Made by a program: the position numbers and the translations under genes. DNA of 64,000 nt from Promethearchaeati archaeon SRVP18_Atabeyarchaeia-1 (GTDB lineage Archaea; Asgardarchaeota; Atabeyarchaeia; Atabeyarchaeales; Atabeyarchaeaceae): assembly GCA_037308085.1 (NCBI GenBank), contig CP147779.1, forward strand, positions 2,240,001 to 2,304,000, in the 5' to 3' direction. Positions 40,850 through 51,544 of this stretch are shown piece after piece. Position 1 is the first letter of the stretch. Each line of letters opens with the position of its first letter. The notes beneath the pieces are model-generated. The model had not been told where the DNA came from. It was given only the letters and a program-made list of their open reading frames with translations, and made no database searches.

Positions 40850-42175
40850 TCATTTCCTCTTTGGCGTCCTAATCTTCTGCACGAGCTCAACATCCACGTT
40901 TCTGACCCCGTCAATTGCCCTGATCTTCTGTGATACCAAGAGATAGAGGTGGTTCAGGTTGCTCGTTACCGCCTCAGCATAGATGTCACTCTCTTTTCCA
41001 GTTATCGCGTGGATCTCTTGTAGCTCCCGGATTCCCTTCAACTGTGAATACACTTTGCTCTTCTTGGCCAAATCGATCTCCAAGAATATGAATCCCACAA
41101 CCTTGTTGGTGACTTCGTGGAAGTACCTCATGGCGATCGAAGTGACCAGGAATACCGTCGCTATCAGGATATAGTCCATGCGGACTAATTCGCCCAAGAT
41201 GAGTATGCCGACGTATGCTGCAACCAGTGGCGTTATCAGCCCGAGGATCGATGACCACTGGTCGAAAGTCAGAGCTTCTTTTGGCCAGAAAGCCTGAGCC
41301 GCGTACAAGAGAAAGTAAGGCACGAATGTCAACCCGAAGGAGAGGACTAGAATGTCCATGTTTAGCGATGCGGAGAAGAGATTGCTTGAAAGATCATCGA
41401 AAAACCTGTTGCACTGGCTTACGAGCTCAGGTTCCTGGCTAAAGAGAGGGAGACCAAGTACCAGCGGAAAGATCATCAAGCCTGAGAACATGAAGGTTAC
41501 TCCAAGTTTGAGCGTCGATCTTGCCATCCTGTAGTTCCCAACGGAGAAGCGCACGGCTTCCGTCTCCTTCCTCGAAGGAGTGTCCTTGGCAATCAACGCG
41601 ATATAGGCCGTCCAGAAAACGGCGCAGATTGCCACAAACAGAAAGCCGATCGATTTTACCGCGGCGTCGGCCTCCACACGTGCAAGTGAGATGACAAGGA
41701 CCGCGAGAACCAACAATGTCATGTAGATTAGTTTAAGAATGTCTATCTTTTCAGTTCCCTTGGCCCAGTTCCAGAAGGCTAGCAGCACGGGTGTGATGGA
41801 CTCGCTGACCATTGTTGCAATTACAACCCCGACAAGGTTGTAGCTGAAGAAGAACAGGGTGAGGCTGACGGAGAGCATGAAGGCCACAATCACTAGCGAA
41901 AGGAGCTGAGGAACATTTCTTCTTCCGTAGGCTCGGTTTGTGGAAGTCAGATATGCCCCTATTCCCTTCACTTCTGGAGAACGTATCCTCAGCACACCAA
42001 CCAGGAGAAAACATGCAAGCGATGTGTAGAAGAACCTGAAGAGCAGCATCGTGAAGAGGCTGTAGCTCTTCATTGCTTCTACGGCTGGAATCGGGATTAG
42101 TCCCCATAACAGGTTCGTGATTACCACGGCGAAAAGCATTCTACCTAGCGGCATTTCTCCGTCCCCTATTGTCAC
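40850..42175 (-). CDS. DMT/EamA-like transporter fused to a C-terminal Lrp/AsnC RAM domain
   Basis: LLWG, FRF, LITPLVAAYVGILILGE EamA features; C-terminal GFIFLEI...AITGKESDI...IRAIDGVRNV. Confidence 0.75.
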   Translation of the reverse strand: MTIGDGEMPLGRMLFAVVITNLLWGLIPIPAVEAMKSYSLFTMLLFRFFYTSLACFLLVGVLRIRSPEVKGIGAYLTSTNRAYGRRNVPQLLSLVIVAFMLSVSLTLFFFSYNLVGVVIATMVSESITPVLLAFWNWAKGTEKIDILKLIYMTLLVLAVLVISLARVEADAAVKSIGFLFVAICAVFWTAYIALIAKDTPSRKETEAVRFSVGNYRMARSTLKLGVTFMFSGLMIFPLVLGLPLFSQEPELVSQCNRFFDDLSSNLFSASLNMDILVLSFGLTFVPYFLLYAAQAFWPKEALTFDQWSSILGLITPLVAAYVGILILGELVRMDYILIATVFLVTSIAMRYFHEVTNKVVGFIFLEIDLAKKSKVYSQLKGIRELQEIHAITGKESDIYAEAVTSNLNHLYLLVSQKIRAIDGVRNVDVELVQKIRTPKRK

Positions 42176-42239
42176 GCACTGGCTGTAAGTCTACTCGCAG
42201 GCGGTAGACTCTGCTCACCAACATGGACCGGTCGATCCA

Positions 42240-44033
42240 TTACTGCTTCTCTGATCCATATTTCTTCATAAAGTCCGATCTGGTAATAACTCCGAGAAAC
42301 CTCTCTTTTCTGTTTTTCTCAACAACGGGCATTATGTCGGAGCCGTACCTGCGCATCTTCTTCAAAACCTGATCCAATGTCTCATCGGGAGTGACCGAAC
42401 CCATAGTTCTCACCAGACCTTTCGCATACGTCCTCTCGGTGGCGTCTGGTGGCACGCGGATAGCCTCCACGTAGTTCACCACGCCAAGGAGCTGTCCGCT
42501 CTCCACGACTGGAAGCGCGCTATGCCCACTTGAATTCAACATATGAATGACTTTGCTGACAGCGGTATCTGGAGATACGCTGACGAAATTCTTGCTCATT
42601 ACATCCTTGACCTGGATCTCACCGAGGACTTCCGGTCTCGGCTGCTCAGCCAGTTGGTCTAGTCGTATTCCTCTGCGCTCCAATGCGAGCGTGTTGATTG
42701 TGGAGCCACCAAGAAGTTTCCTAGCAGTGATATGCGCGAGCGAGCAAGATAATGTTAGAGGTAGGAGCAAATAGAATATTGTTGGGCTTGAACTCATGTA
42801 CATCTCTGGGATAATGAGAATAGAAGCGATTGGCGTGCCATAGGCACCAGCTAACAACGCCGCAGCACCAACGGAAGCCAAAGCAAAAGGCGCAGGAACA
42901 AGGCTGGGCGCCAACTCGCTGAGGGTAAGACCCACAGCTCCGCCGAACATGCTCCCAACATATAGTGATGGTACCAGTAGACCGCCGCTTGCACCTGAGC
43001 CGAGCGTAAATGATGTGCACAGCATTTTGACGACGCCCAGCAAAAGAGCAAAGGCAATTGGGATCCCGCCAGCCAGTAGAAGCACTATCCCCTCGTAGCC
43101 AACTCCATAGATTCCGTATCCAGTCTCGTCGCCCGCAGAGATGGATTGCATGAAGAAAGGCATTCCAACTAGACCTGTTAGCAGACCGCCAGCGGCGATC
43201 TTTAAGACTTTGTGAACTGATCTACCCTTCTCAAATAGCCCTTCTACGAGATAGAAGTATCTGACCCATATCGCCGAGAGAACTCCAAAGGTCAGCCCAA
43301 AAGCCGCGTACAGTAGAAGCTCAGCCGGCGCAGGGGAGGCGAAGCTTAGCGCTGGGAATGAGATGAAACTCGAGGGGAGTAATCCAGCAACCGCGGTTCC
43401 CAAGACGCAAGCAAGCAGAACTGGAATCGAGTCGGAGAGCCTGTATCTTCTAAGAAGCACCTCTATCGCGAAGATGGCCCCGCCGAGGGGGGCATTAAAA
43501 GTCGCCGCAATGCCTGAAGCGAGTCCACAGACAACGAGCAACTCCACATCCCTATCGGAAAGTCTGAGGGCTTGACCCGCTGTGGAGCCCAAGCTGGCGC
43601 CAATCTGAGCGATGGGTCCTTCCCTTCCTGCGCTGCCCCCGGATCCTATGGTGATGGATGAAACTATGCTGGTAACCGGAGCGACGCGGTATCTCATCCG
43701 TCCCCCACTGAATGACATGCTCTCCATGACTTGTGGGATACCATGTCCTTTTGACTCACGTGTGAGTCTCGTTGTGATTAGGGCGGCCACTGATGCCCCG
43801 AGCGCCGGTAGGATAATTACGGCAAGGTTGTACCCATAGACTTGCAGGGAAATCCTGGGTAGCAACGTGTCAAAGAAGAGGAGGCTGTTTAGGTTGATCA
43901 GTAGTTTGAAGACAACGGCAGCGATGCCGCTAGACAGCCCGACGAGCACAGCTATTAGATTTATCACGAGCCCGTGTGAGCGCATGAATCTCCTGGGAGC
44001 TTGAGGCAATTTACGAGGTGCTGATTTTTCCAT
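42240..44033 (-). CDS. CLC chloride channel/H+ antiporter with a CBS pair
   Basis: GHGIP, GREGP (gating Glu), FNAPLGG, FAIEV; two CBS domains. Confidence 0.93.
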   Translation of the reverse strand: MEKSAPRKLPQAPRRFMRSHGLVINLIAVLVGLSSGIAAVVFKLLINLNSLLFFDTLLPRISLQVYGYNLAVIILPALGASVAALITTRLTRESKGHGIPQVMESMSFSGGRMRYRVAPVTSIVSSITIGSGGSAGREGPIAQIGASLGSTAGQALRLSDRDVELLVVCGLASGIAATFNAPLGGAIFAIEVLLRRYRLSDSIPVLLACVLGTAVAGLLPSSFISFPALSFASPAPAELLLYAAFGLTFGVLSAIWVRYFYLVEGLFEKGRSVHKVLKIAAGGLLTGLVGMPFFMQSISAGDETGYGIYGVGYEGIVLLLAGGIPIAFALLLGVVKMLCTSFTLGSGASGGLLVPSLYVGSMFGGAVGLTLSELAPSLVPAPFALASVGAAALLAGAYGTPIASILIIPEMYMSSSPTIFYLLLPLTLSCSLAHITARKLLGGSTINTLALERRGIRLDQLAEQPRPEVLGEIQVKDVMSKNFVSVSPDTAVSKVIHMLNSSGHSALPVVESGQLLGVVNYVEAIRVPPDATERTYAKGLVRTMGSVTPDETLDQVLKKMRRYGSDIMPVVEKNRKERFLGVITRSDFMKKYGSEKQ

Positions 44034-44438
44034 ATCATTTATCGCCTTGCTTGGAGAATAACAAGAGAGGAGACAGGGGCTTCCGCCGCTACCATCTGAT
44101 CATACTCAAAATGTACCTTAGCGGGATCTTGTGCTCACATGCGCAGAGCCCGTGAGACCATTTCAAAACTTTTCATGTCGAGAAATCTCTCCTGTTTCTC
44201 CTCTTATAGAGTTTACGCAAATATGGTAGCAGGAGGTAGGAAGACTATACAGAGAACATGTTTTCCAACTCTATTTCGGAGGTCTCTCGGATTGAGGTGG
44301 GCTAGCTCACCTCTGGCAAGCCCCATAGCTCAGCTGTGCACAGGAAAGCTCAGATGATCCGTTAACCATCTACGATCATGTTTGCCCGGTTGGAAATGTC
44401 GAAAAGCTTATGTAACCCTCTCCTTTACGCACTACACT

Positions 44439-45383
44439 ATGACCTCCGACCGAAAGCAGTCAAAGACGCCGTCCACTCTTATCGACGTTGAGAATTTGAG
44501 CAAGGCCTATGGTAAGCTCCTCGCCGTGAAGGGCATAAGCTTCAAGGTTTACCGCGGGGAATGCTTCGGTCTTCTTGGCCCGAACGGCGCAGGCAAGACC
44601 ACGACGATCAAGATGCTACAGTGTGTTCTTCCAAGAACCTCCGGGAAAATCATAATCGATGGAATGAATGTCGATGAAGATCATCGAGCCATCAAAGCTG
44701 CTATGGGCGTAGCTCCCCAGGAGAATAACTTGGATCCTGATTTTACGACGCTGAAGAACCTAACTGTTTATGCTCGCTACTTCAATATTGCCAAAGAGGA
44801 AGCCGAGAAGAGAGCTAAACGCCTGCTCAGACTGATCGGTCTTGAGAAGAAAAGCAACGTGATCATCGACTCGCTTTCTGGCGGCATGAAAAGAAGGCTG
44901 ATACTTGCGAGGGCATTAATGAATGAGCCTGAGATTTTGATCCTCGATGAACCCACTACTGGGCTTGACCCTCAGACTAAGCGCCTCATATGGGAGCGAG
45001 TGGACCTACTCAGAGACAGCGGAGTTACAATAATACTGGCGACGCAGAACATGGAGGAAGCTACCGAACTGTGTGACAGAATCATAATCATGAATGAAGG
45101 AAGAATCATCGCGGAAGGAAAGCCTCGGAACCTAGTTCATGAGAAGCTGAGCAAATGGGTGTTAAGAGTCGAGCCGGCAGAAGAAGCCGAGAAATACATC
45201 CGCAGGAATATGAGGAGTACCGAGTATCAGACTGAGGGGGACAGATTATTCATCTTCACCAATAACCCCGAAGCTCTACAGGCTGAACTCATGAGCAAGC
45301 TGAAACTGAAAGAGACTGTCATAAGGGAATCCTCGTTGGAGGATCTATTCTTGAAGCTAACAGGAAGAGGAATACAGGAATAG
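44439..45383 (+). CDS. ABC-2 exporter ATP-binding subunit (NodI/DrrA-like); ORF extends to 44382
   Basis: GPNGAGKTT, LSGGMKRR, LDEPTTGLDP. Confidence 0.92.
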   Translation: MTSDRKQSKTPSTLIDVENLSKAYGKLLAVKGISFKVYRGECFGLLGPNGAGKTTTIKMLQCVLPRTSGKIIIDGMNVDEDHRAIKAAMGVAPQENNLDPDFTTLKNLTVYARYFNIAKEEAEKRAKRLLRLIGLEKKSNVIIDSLSGGMKRRLILARALMNEPEILILDEPTTGLDPQTKRLIWERVDLLRDSGVTIILATQNMEEATELCDRIIIMNEGRIIAEGKPRNLVHEKLSKWVLRVEPAEEAEKYIRRNMRSTEYQTEGDRLFIFTNNPEALQAELMSKLKLKETVIRESSLEDLFLKLTGRGIQE

Positions 45384-45405
45384 TCCTTGCCCCTAGAGAT
45401 ACTAG

Positions 45406-46275
45406 ATGGAGTGCCATGCTACCTTGAGTGGAAAGATACGAAGCCCTTGGTATACTAACGTAAGCGGCAGATTCTGGAAAGTTTGGAGAAGGGACCTCGA
45501 CGTATACCTGAAGACCTGGAAAGTCAATCTCGTCCCACCACTGATCGAGCCAGTCTTATACCTATTGGCAATGGGCTTTGGGCTTGGTGGTCTAGTCAGA
45601 TCAGAGGGGGTAATCGACAGCTACCTACCGGGAGGACCCGTGAGCTACCTGACGTGGGTCGCGCCCGCCATTGTAGCCATCTCAGTCTTGAACTCTGCTT
45701 TCTTCGAGACCACGTATGGTAGCTTCGTGAGGATGACCTATCAGAAGACTTTCGATGCAATAGTCTCCACACCCCTCTCGCTCGAGGAAGTGATCATTGG
45801 AGAAATGGCTTGGGGAGCGGTCAAAGGGTTGATCTACGGAGGGATCGTCCTAGGGGTCACGGGATTGATCGGACTGGCTGGACTTGGCGTTTTCACTCAG
45901 AGCACTAACTTCGTTTTGCTTCTGCTTGTGCTGCCTTTTAGCCTGCTCTTTGGTCTCCTTTCATCGGCTCTTGGCATGTGCTGTACGGCGCTTGCGCCAA
46001 CTATTGATTCGTTCAATTACGCTACCTTTTTGCTGATAACTCCGATGTTTCTTGTTACTGGAACGTTCTTCCCTATGAACGTCCTGCCGCCAGCTCTGCA
46101 GACCTTTGTTCTCTTGGTTCTTCCGCTGTCCCATGCCACCATAGTGACAAGGCAGCTAATGCTCAACAGTATAGATATCGGTCAGGTGCTTGTAAGCCTC
46201 TCTTGGATAGCTGTTGCCACGGTTGTTCTGGTCCTGCTCGCCATAATCGCGATGAATAGAAAACTCATAAAATAA
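45406..46275 (+). CDS. ABC-2 permease (NodJ-like)
   Basis: EPVLYLLAMGFGLG, QKTFDAIVSTP, PMFLVTGTFFP. Confidence 0.9.
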   Translation: MECHATLSGKIRSPWYTNVSGRFWKVWRRDLDVYLKTWKVNLVPPLIEPVLYLLAMGFGLGGLVRSEGVIDSYLPGGPVSYLTWVAPAIVAISVLNSAFFETTYGSFVRMTYQKTFDAIVSTPLSLEEVIIGEMAWGAVKGLIYGGIVLGVTGLIGLAGLGVFTQSTNFVLLLLVLPFSLLFGLLSSALGMCCTALAPTIDSFNYATFLLITPMFLVTGTFFPMNVLPPALQTFVLLVLPLSHATIVTRQLMLNSIDIGQVLVSLSWIAVATVVLVLLAIIAMNRKLIK

Positions 46276-46479
46276 GAGAACCCGACCAGCTGAATAGGAA
46301 GCTTGTCTAAACACACACTTCTCGCGCACCCCAGAGGCTGAGAGAGCGTTGACCTACCTTAGAAAACTTGATATACTGATTCTCCGATATCGATGAGTGT
46401 GGGGGGTTGGGGATAGTTTTATATATAGTGAAAACGTTTCTACTGTTTATAATTAGGTGTGTTTGGAGAGGAGTAGGCG

Positions 46480-47310
46480 ATGGCTGACTTTCTATTCGGC
46501 TTAGACATCACGTTCTGGCTACTGATTTTCTTCATCACGGTAATACTTGTGGGATTTCTGGCGGCTTCCATAAGGCTCGTAAAAGAATACGAGAGAGCGG
46601 TAATCTTCCGCCTGGGTAGGCTTGTTGGGGCTAAAGGGCCTGGTCTCTTCTTCAGGCTACCTTGGTTGGACAAGTTCATCGTAGTTGATCTTAGAGTCAT
46701 AACTTCCAATGTGCCGAAGCAGAGAGTAATCACCCGGGACAACGTGACCGTAGATGTTGACGCAGTAGTCTACTATCGCGTCCTAGATCCCAGTAAGGCC
46801 ATTGTTAGAGTGATGGACTACGCCGATGCAACTAATCTCCTTGCCCAAACTACGCTCCGAGACACGCTCGGCCAAGTTGAGCTTGACGAGTTGCTTGCAA
46901 AGCGTGATGAGCTGAACAAGAAGATACAAGGCATAATAGATCAAGCTACTGAGACTTGGGGGATCAAAGTGACTGCTGTCTTGATAAGAGATGTTACAAT
47001 ACCACCTGAAATGCAGCGCGCCATAGCTAAGCAGGCAGAAGCGGAACGAGAAAAAAGAGCAAGAATCATAGTCGCTGAGGGAGAACTCCAGGCCTCGAAG
47101 ACGCTCTATGAGGCCGCAAAGAAGTTCCAGGATAACCCGATTGCCATGAGAATACGGGAACTTCAGACTTTGACGGACATCGCAAGGGAGAAAAACATGG
47201 TGATAGTGACGCCAGCCCAAATAGGCACAAACCTCGGAGAGGTAATTGGAGCAGCTACAGCAGTCAGCAGAAAGAGCAAGAGAACCGAAGAGGAAGAGCC
47301 GAAGCAGTAG
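46480..47310 (+). CDS. stomatin/slipin SPFH (band 7) protein
   Basis: KEYERAVIFRLGR, GPGLFF, TRDNV, QTTLR, QAEAEREKRA. Confidence 0.95.
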   Translation: MADFLFGLDITFWLLIFFITVILVGFLAASIRLVKEYERAVIFRLGRLVGAKGPGLFFRLPWLDKFIVVDLRVITSNVPKQRVITRDNVTVDVDAVVYYRVLDPSKAIVRVMDYADATNLLAQTTLRDTLGQVELDELLAKRDELNKKIQGIIDQATETWGIKVTAVLIRDVTIPPEMQRAIAKQAEAEREKRARIIVAEGELQASKTLYEAAKKFQDNPIAMRIRELQTLTDIAREKNMVIVTPAQIGTNLGEVIGAATAVSRKSKRTEEEEPKQ

Positions 47311-47467
47311 TAGGCTCGCTTGTCCCTTTTTTCCTTTCTTCCTGATAATGAAAGCGCCCAGCACTGACTTGTTTTCCGCGTCACCGTCTTCCGGCTTTGG
47401 TCGCCACGCTGCATGACCAGACTGTGGGCAAAAAGATATTGTAGGAGATGCTGGATATAGGGGCCAC

Positions 47468-47938
47468 GTGATAAGACGGCAGGAAGCGACCTTGGTGGTG
47501 AATCTCAGAACCAAGACAGCTAAGGATCTGGGACTTGAAAGCTTCAAGCAGATTGGCATGGTAAGGAATACGGGCAAGGTTCCAGGCTACTTTGAGAAGA
47601 CCCTGGGTCTTGGGCACTTTGGCTCGGCAGCTGTGACTGCGGAAACCGACGTGGGCAAGATAAGATTGAAGGTATCGCTCGCGCAACTTGGCGAAACCCA
47701 GTTCGAGCTGATTGAACCCCCAGAAGGAGAGACCGTGCACTCTGATTATCCCAAGCAAGGTCGAGAGGGACTGCACCACTTGGGTTTCCATGTTAGTGAT
47801 ATTAAAAAGAAGCTTTGAGAGTTGTAGGCAAAAGGATTAAGGGTTCCGGAAATAGGGACAAGCTTAGGAGTAAAATACGCCAACCTCGACACCACAAGCA
47901 TGTCTGGAGTAGTCTTTGAGTTGCTCAAGTCTGGCTAA
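47468..47938 (+). pseudogene. VOC/glyoxalase (methylmalonyl-CoA epimerase-like) gene interrupted by two in-frame stops
   Basis: ELIEP...GLHHLGF..KKKL*EL*AKGLRV...GVKYANLDT...GVVFELLKSG* all in one frame (TGA 47816, TAG 47825). Confidence 0.75.
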
Positions 47939-47983
47939 AACCGATCTTGGTACAGAATAGAGTATAAGAAGAGGTCTCCAGGA

Positions 47984-50668
47984 ATGGAAGATGGCGGTAA
48001 TTTCGGGCATTGGTTCGAAGATGAGTTCGGTTTGCCCGCATACGAGTACACCTGCAATCATGAGGTGGATCCCAGGGCCACCTATTTCACAACTCGCGGG
48101 ATGTCGAAAGATCACTGGCACCAACTTGGAAACGATCGCCTCAACCTCCTTGCGCACAACGACGGATCCGTGGAGGTTCTCGATAGCTCTCGAGGTCTTC
48201 AATGGTTGTGTCGCCGAGACCCTAGGCGCCACGTGCCCGGCGGGGGAATAGTAATAGTCCAAGAGGAGGGGGGAGGCGCCCCTGCGTGGTGCGATCTCTT
48301 CTCCCAAAAGAATTTTGCTAATCAGTATCGGCGCGTCTTTGGCGCTGGGTACTATCGTAAGACGACCAAGAGGAATGGGTTGACGCTCGATCATGCGGTG
48401 TTTCCACCATTCTCGGACGACCCTGTCGTCGTATCTGAACTGAGCATCACGAATGATTCCGATTCGACAAAGAACGTGATGTTGTATGACTATTGGGGCG
48501 CCAACGTCCGGAGTATCAGTTCTGCGCTCATCTACTTTGACGAGAAACGAAGGTACTTCAGCAAGAGCCCCTTCCTCAACGTGTTGGGAAAGTCGCTGAA
48601 GCTTGCCAGCTATGCGTTCCATATGGCGCCAGAACAGGCGAGAGATTCATTCTCCCTTAAGTTCAGGTATGAGGCAAAGTACTCTTCGCATCTTATGGCG
48701 GGCATTCTGAAACCAGTATTCAGGGGGAGGGGGAAACCCTCAAGGAACCAGCCATCTTCCCGTGACTATTACCCGAAAACGATCTTCCTAGCAGCTTTGG
48801 ACAACACGCCGACGAGAATTATCGTGTCTACTAGGGAACTTATCAACCGTACAGGGCAACTCGATCCGCACGAGGAGCCCTTCCTAAGCAAGCTCACGCT
48901 CAGGGATTCTCCATGCATATGTTTAGGGGTCAGCGTAAGACTGAACCCCAAGGAGCAGAAAAGAATGACCTTTGTATTCGGTTACAGCGACGAGCAGGGG
49001 ATCCAAGATCTCTTAGACAAGTATAGATCAAAGCATTCGTCAACTAATGAAACATTACCCCTACTGAAGGAGAGTAGCCAAAAATGGGCGTGCAGTCTCC
49101 TCGAATTCGACTGCAAAGATAATCCGTACAGCTGGGTCGGCAGGGAAGCTAAGTGGCACTCCTACTACCTGAGAAGCGCAACTCTCTTCGATGAGTACTT
49201 CGAGAACCATCTACTTCCACAAGGGGGAGCCTACAACTATCTTCAGGGCCTACAGGGAGTCTCCCGAGACTTCATGCTCTTCACGATCCCAACGACGTAT
49301 ATTGAACCAGCGCTTGCCCGAGAGATGCTGGAATACACAATGCGGCTGATGACCCCAGACGGCAGGCTGCCTTACTGCACATACGGCTTTGGGATGCAGG
49401 GAGGAGCGCTCGTTCACAAGAATCCCTCAGACTTGTCGCTCGCTCTCCTATGGGGTCTCTCCGAGTACCTATTTGCGACGAGGGACTTCGAGTTTCTGAA
49501 GAAGATCATCCCCTTCTATCCCAAACACAAAGGAGCTTCTTCCACCGTGTACGAGCGTATCAAGCTGGCAGTAGACTATCTACTGGACAAGGTTAGACTT
49601 GGCGAGCATGGCCTAGTAAAGGTAGGAGACGGGGACTGGAATGATGGGATCTCAACCATGGTCAAGAGCAGGGGAAGATTCATCAAGAATGGGGAATCAA
49701 TGTACAATACGGCGCTAGCTTTGTATGTCTTGCCTAGAATCTCCCTGCTCCTAGAGAGACAGGGGGACGTGGACTATGCCAACAAGATCGAGACCACCTG
49801 CAGGAGCCTGCTTGAGTCTTGCCTGGCATCTTGGAACAAGAAATGGTTCTATAGAGGCTGGGATGGGTCAGGTAACCCTATTGGAGAAAGGAACTTATAC
49901 CTCGAACCTTTGACGTGGCTCCTCATTTCCGGGACACTACCTAGAAGCTACGCTGATCAGCTTGTGAAGAGCATACACAGCATTCTTGACCTGCCATCCC
50001 CTTTCGGCCAATACCTGGTTTATCCGCCGGTTCCTACGTTGATGAATTACCTGGAGAGAGGTTGGGATGTCAATGGTGGCACATGGTTCGCGATGAACTT
50101 CCTGCTAGCGTGGGGCTACAGCAAGAGCGATCCTGAAAAAGCTTGGAACGCCTTCACGAAGAATTCGATGAAACATCACGCAGAACTTTACCCCGACGTG
50201 TGGTACGGAATCTGGAGCGGGCCAGATGCGTTCAACGCTTCGTACTCTTCTAGACCAGGGGAGACGTATTTCCACCTCGCGACGCCGACAACCGACTTTC
50301 CCGTAATGAACCTCAATCTGCACGCAAACTTTCTTGGAGCATTGATAAAGATGATCGGAATAGAACCCACTATCGACGGACTCACGCTGGCGCCCTCGGT
50401 TCCCTTGAAGGATTTCGAGTTACGGACACCGGTCCTAGAAATAAAGGTGAACGACTATGCAATTGAGGGGTCCTATCAAAGGCACACGGCTGGAGACTTT
50501 GCGTTGCGATTGAAGCTGCCGAGAAGCTGGAAGAAGAGAGAAGTAGAGTGCGAAATAGATGGCGAAAGAACTGCTTTCAATCTCCTTGAGGAACTTGGCA
50601 TTGCCGAAGTTAGCGTCAACTCACTGGCGGAGCGTTTCAAGTTCAAGTTCACATGTCGACCCAGATAA
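47984..50668 (+). CDS. GH94-like glycoside phosphorylase/hydrolase
   Basis: WHQLGN N-terminal domain, RD motif, SDLSLALLW, GEHGL..GDGDWNDG, ES; 894 aa. Confidence 0.75.
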   Translation: MEDGGNFGHWFEDEFGLPAYEYTCNHEVDPRATYFTTRGMSKDHWHQLGNDRLNLLAHNDGSVEVLDSSRGLQWLCRRDPRRHVPGGGIVIVQEEGGGAPAWCDLFSQKNFANQYRRVFGAGYYRKTTKRNGLTLDHAVFPPFSDDPVVVSELSITNDSDSTKNVMLYDYWGANVRSISSALIYFDEKRRYFSKSPFLNVLGKSLKLASYAFHMAPEQARDSFSLKFRYEAKYSSHLMAGILKPVFRGRGKPSRNQPSSRDYYPKTIFLAALDNTPTRIIVSTRELINRTGQLDPHEEPFLSKLTLRDSPCICLGVSVRLNPKEQKRMTFVFGYSDEQGIQDLLDKYRSKHSSTNETLPLLKESSQKWACSLLEFDCKDNPYSWVGREAKWHSYYLRSATLFDEYFENHLLPQGGAYNYLQGLQGVSRDFMLFTIPTTYIEPALAREMLEYTMRLMTPDGRLPYCTYGFGMQGGALVHKNPSDLSLALLWGLSEYLFATRDFEFLKKIIPFYPKHKGASSTVYERIKLAVDYLLDKVRLGEHGLVKVGDGDWNDGISTMVKSRGRFIKNGESMYNTALALYVLPRISLLLERQGDVDYANKIETTCRSLLESCLASWNKKWFYRGWDGSGNPIGERNLYLEPLTWLLISGTLPRSYADQLVKSIHSILDLPSPFGQYLVYPPVPTLMNYLERGWDVNGGTWFAMNFLLAWGYSKSDPEKAWNAFTKNSMKHHAELYPDVWYGIWSGPDAFNASYSSRPGETYFHLATPTTDFPVMNLNLHANFLGALIKMIGIEPTIDGLTLAPSVPLKDFELRTPVLEIKVNDYAIEGSYQRHTAGDFALRLKLPRSWKKREVECEIDGERTAFNLLEELGIAEVSVNSLAERFKFKFTCRPR

Positions 50669-50701
50669 GCTGAAAAAGAGGTAGACGTGACGACAAGTGG
50701 T

Positions 50702-51196
50702 TCAGGATTGTATCCCAAGCTTCTTTGCCAAATCCTCAGGATCCAGCTTCCAGATTTCGATGATCTTGTCGTTCGTAAGTATCTTCTGAAGCAATTGTCC
50801 AATGTTGCCAAACTTGATGGCATCCGAAAGTTGACCGTCAATCCTCAGCTTGCCGGACATGAACATTGTTGTTCCGTCTATTGCGCCCGTTAGCATAGCC
50901 ATCATGCCTTCAGGGCTGCTTGTCTCCAAAGTCACATCAGGATTCTGGGCATCTCCAAGGCAAGCACTCATCCTTCCGCCAGATATCTTCAAGTAGCAGT
51001 TCTTTGCACCGTGTGCCTTGAACTGAAAAACGCGATCCCAGCCGGACAGTTCGTTCTTGACTTCATCGGATCCGTTCGCTGCGACGGACACTAGTCCGAG
51101 AAGATCATACTCGTTCTTGCCTATCTTCTTCATGAAATCGACTGGTCCAATCTCCTCGGCTTTCTCACTTATTCTTTCAATGACAGACTCGGACAA
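50702..51196 (-). CDS. SCP2 sterol/lipid-binding domain protein
   Basis: PDVTL...MLTGAIDGTTMFMSGKLRIDGQLSDAIKF. Confidence 0.85.
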   Translation of the reverse strand: MSESVIERISEKAEEIGPVDFMKKIGKNEYDLLGLVSVAANGSDEVKNELSGWDRVFQFKAHGAKNCYLKISGGRMSACLGDAQNPDVTLETSSPEGMMAMLTGAIDGTTMFMSGKLRIDGQLSDAIKFGNIGQLLQKILTNDKIIEIWKLDPEDLAKKLGIQS

Positions 51197-51544
51197 ATCG
51201 ATGCAACTCCCGGTCTGCGTCGCTCCCGGCTTTTTCTTGGATCTATATTCCTTATTCCTTCACTACGTCTGCGAGCTACTTCCCTGACGACTCCGAATGA
51301 CTCTGAAAAGCCCTCACTTATATAGGTAGTTGCGGACCGCCGTTTTAAGCTGTTCTTGTATTCGTAGGCATACATGGGCACGGGCATATGGTTAGCTAAT
51401 ATGACTGTCTATTCGAGGGTAATCGTGTAATACTGTTGGGACGTTTGGGCCATGATGCGGTGAAGACCAAAATCTACTATGCGTATAGCAGGCACGCTGA
51501 CGCACCCCTGCCTACATACTCCTACGCAGATTGAAACCCACGCC

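Noticed and set aside
47816-47827. Selenocysteine or pyrrolysine readthrough of the TGA and TAG in the VOC gene
   Set aside because: The positions are non-catalytic helix residues, both recodings would be needed within four codons, and other signs of decay are present
46783-48622. Long antisense ORFs of 264 aa and 252 aa
   Set aside because: Shadows of the stomatin and GH94-like genes; no motifs
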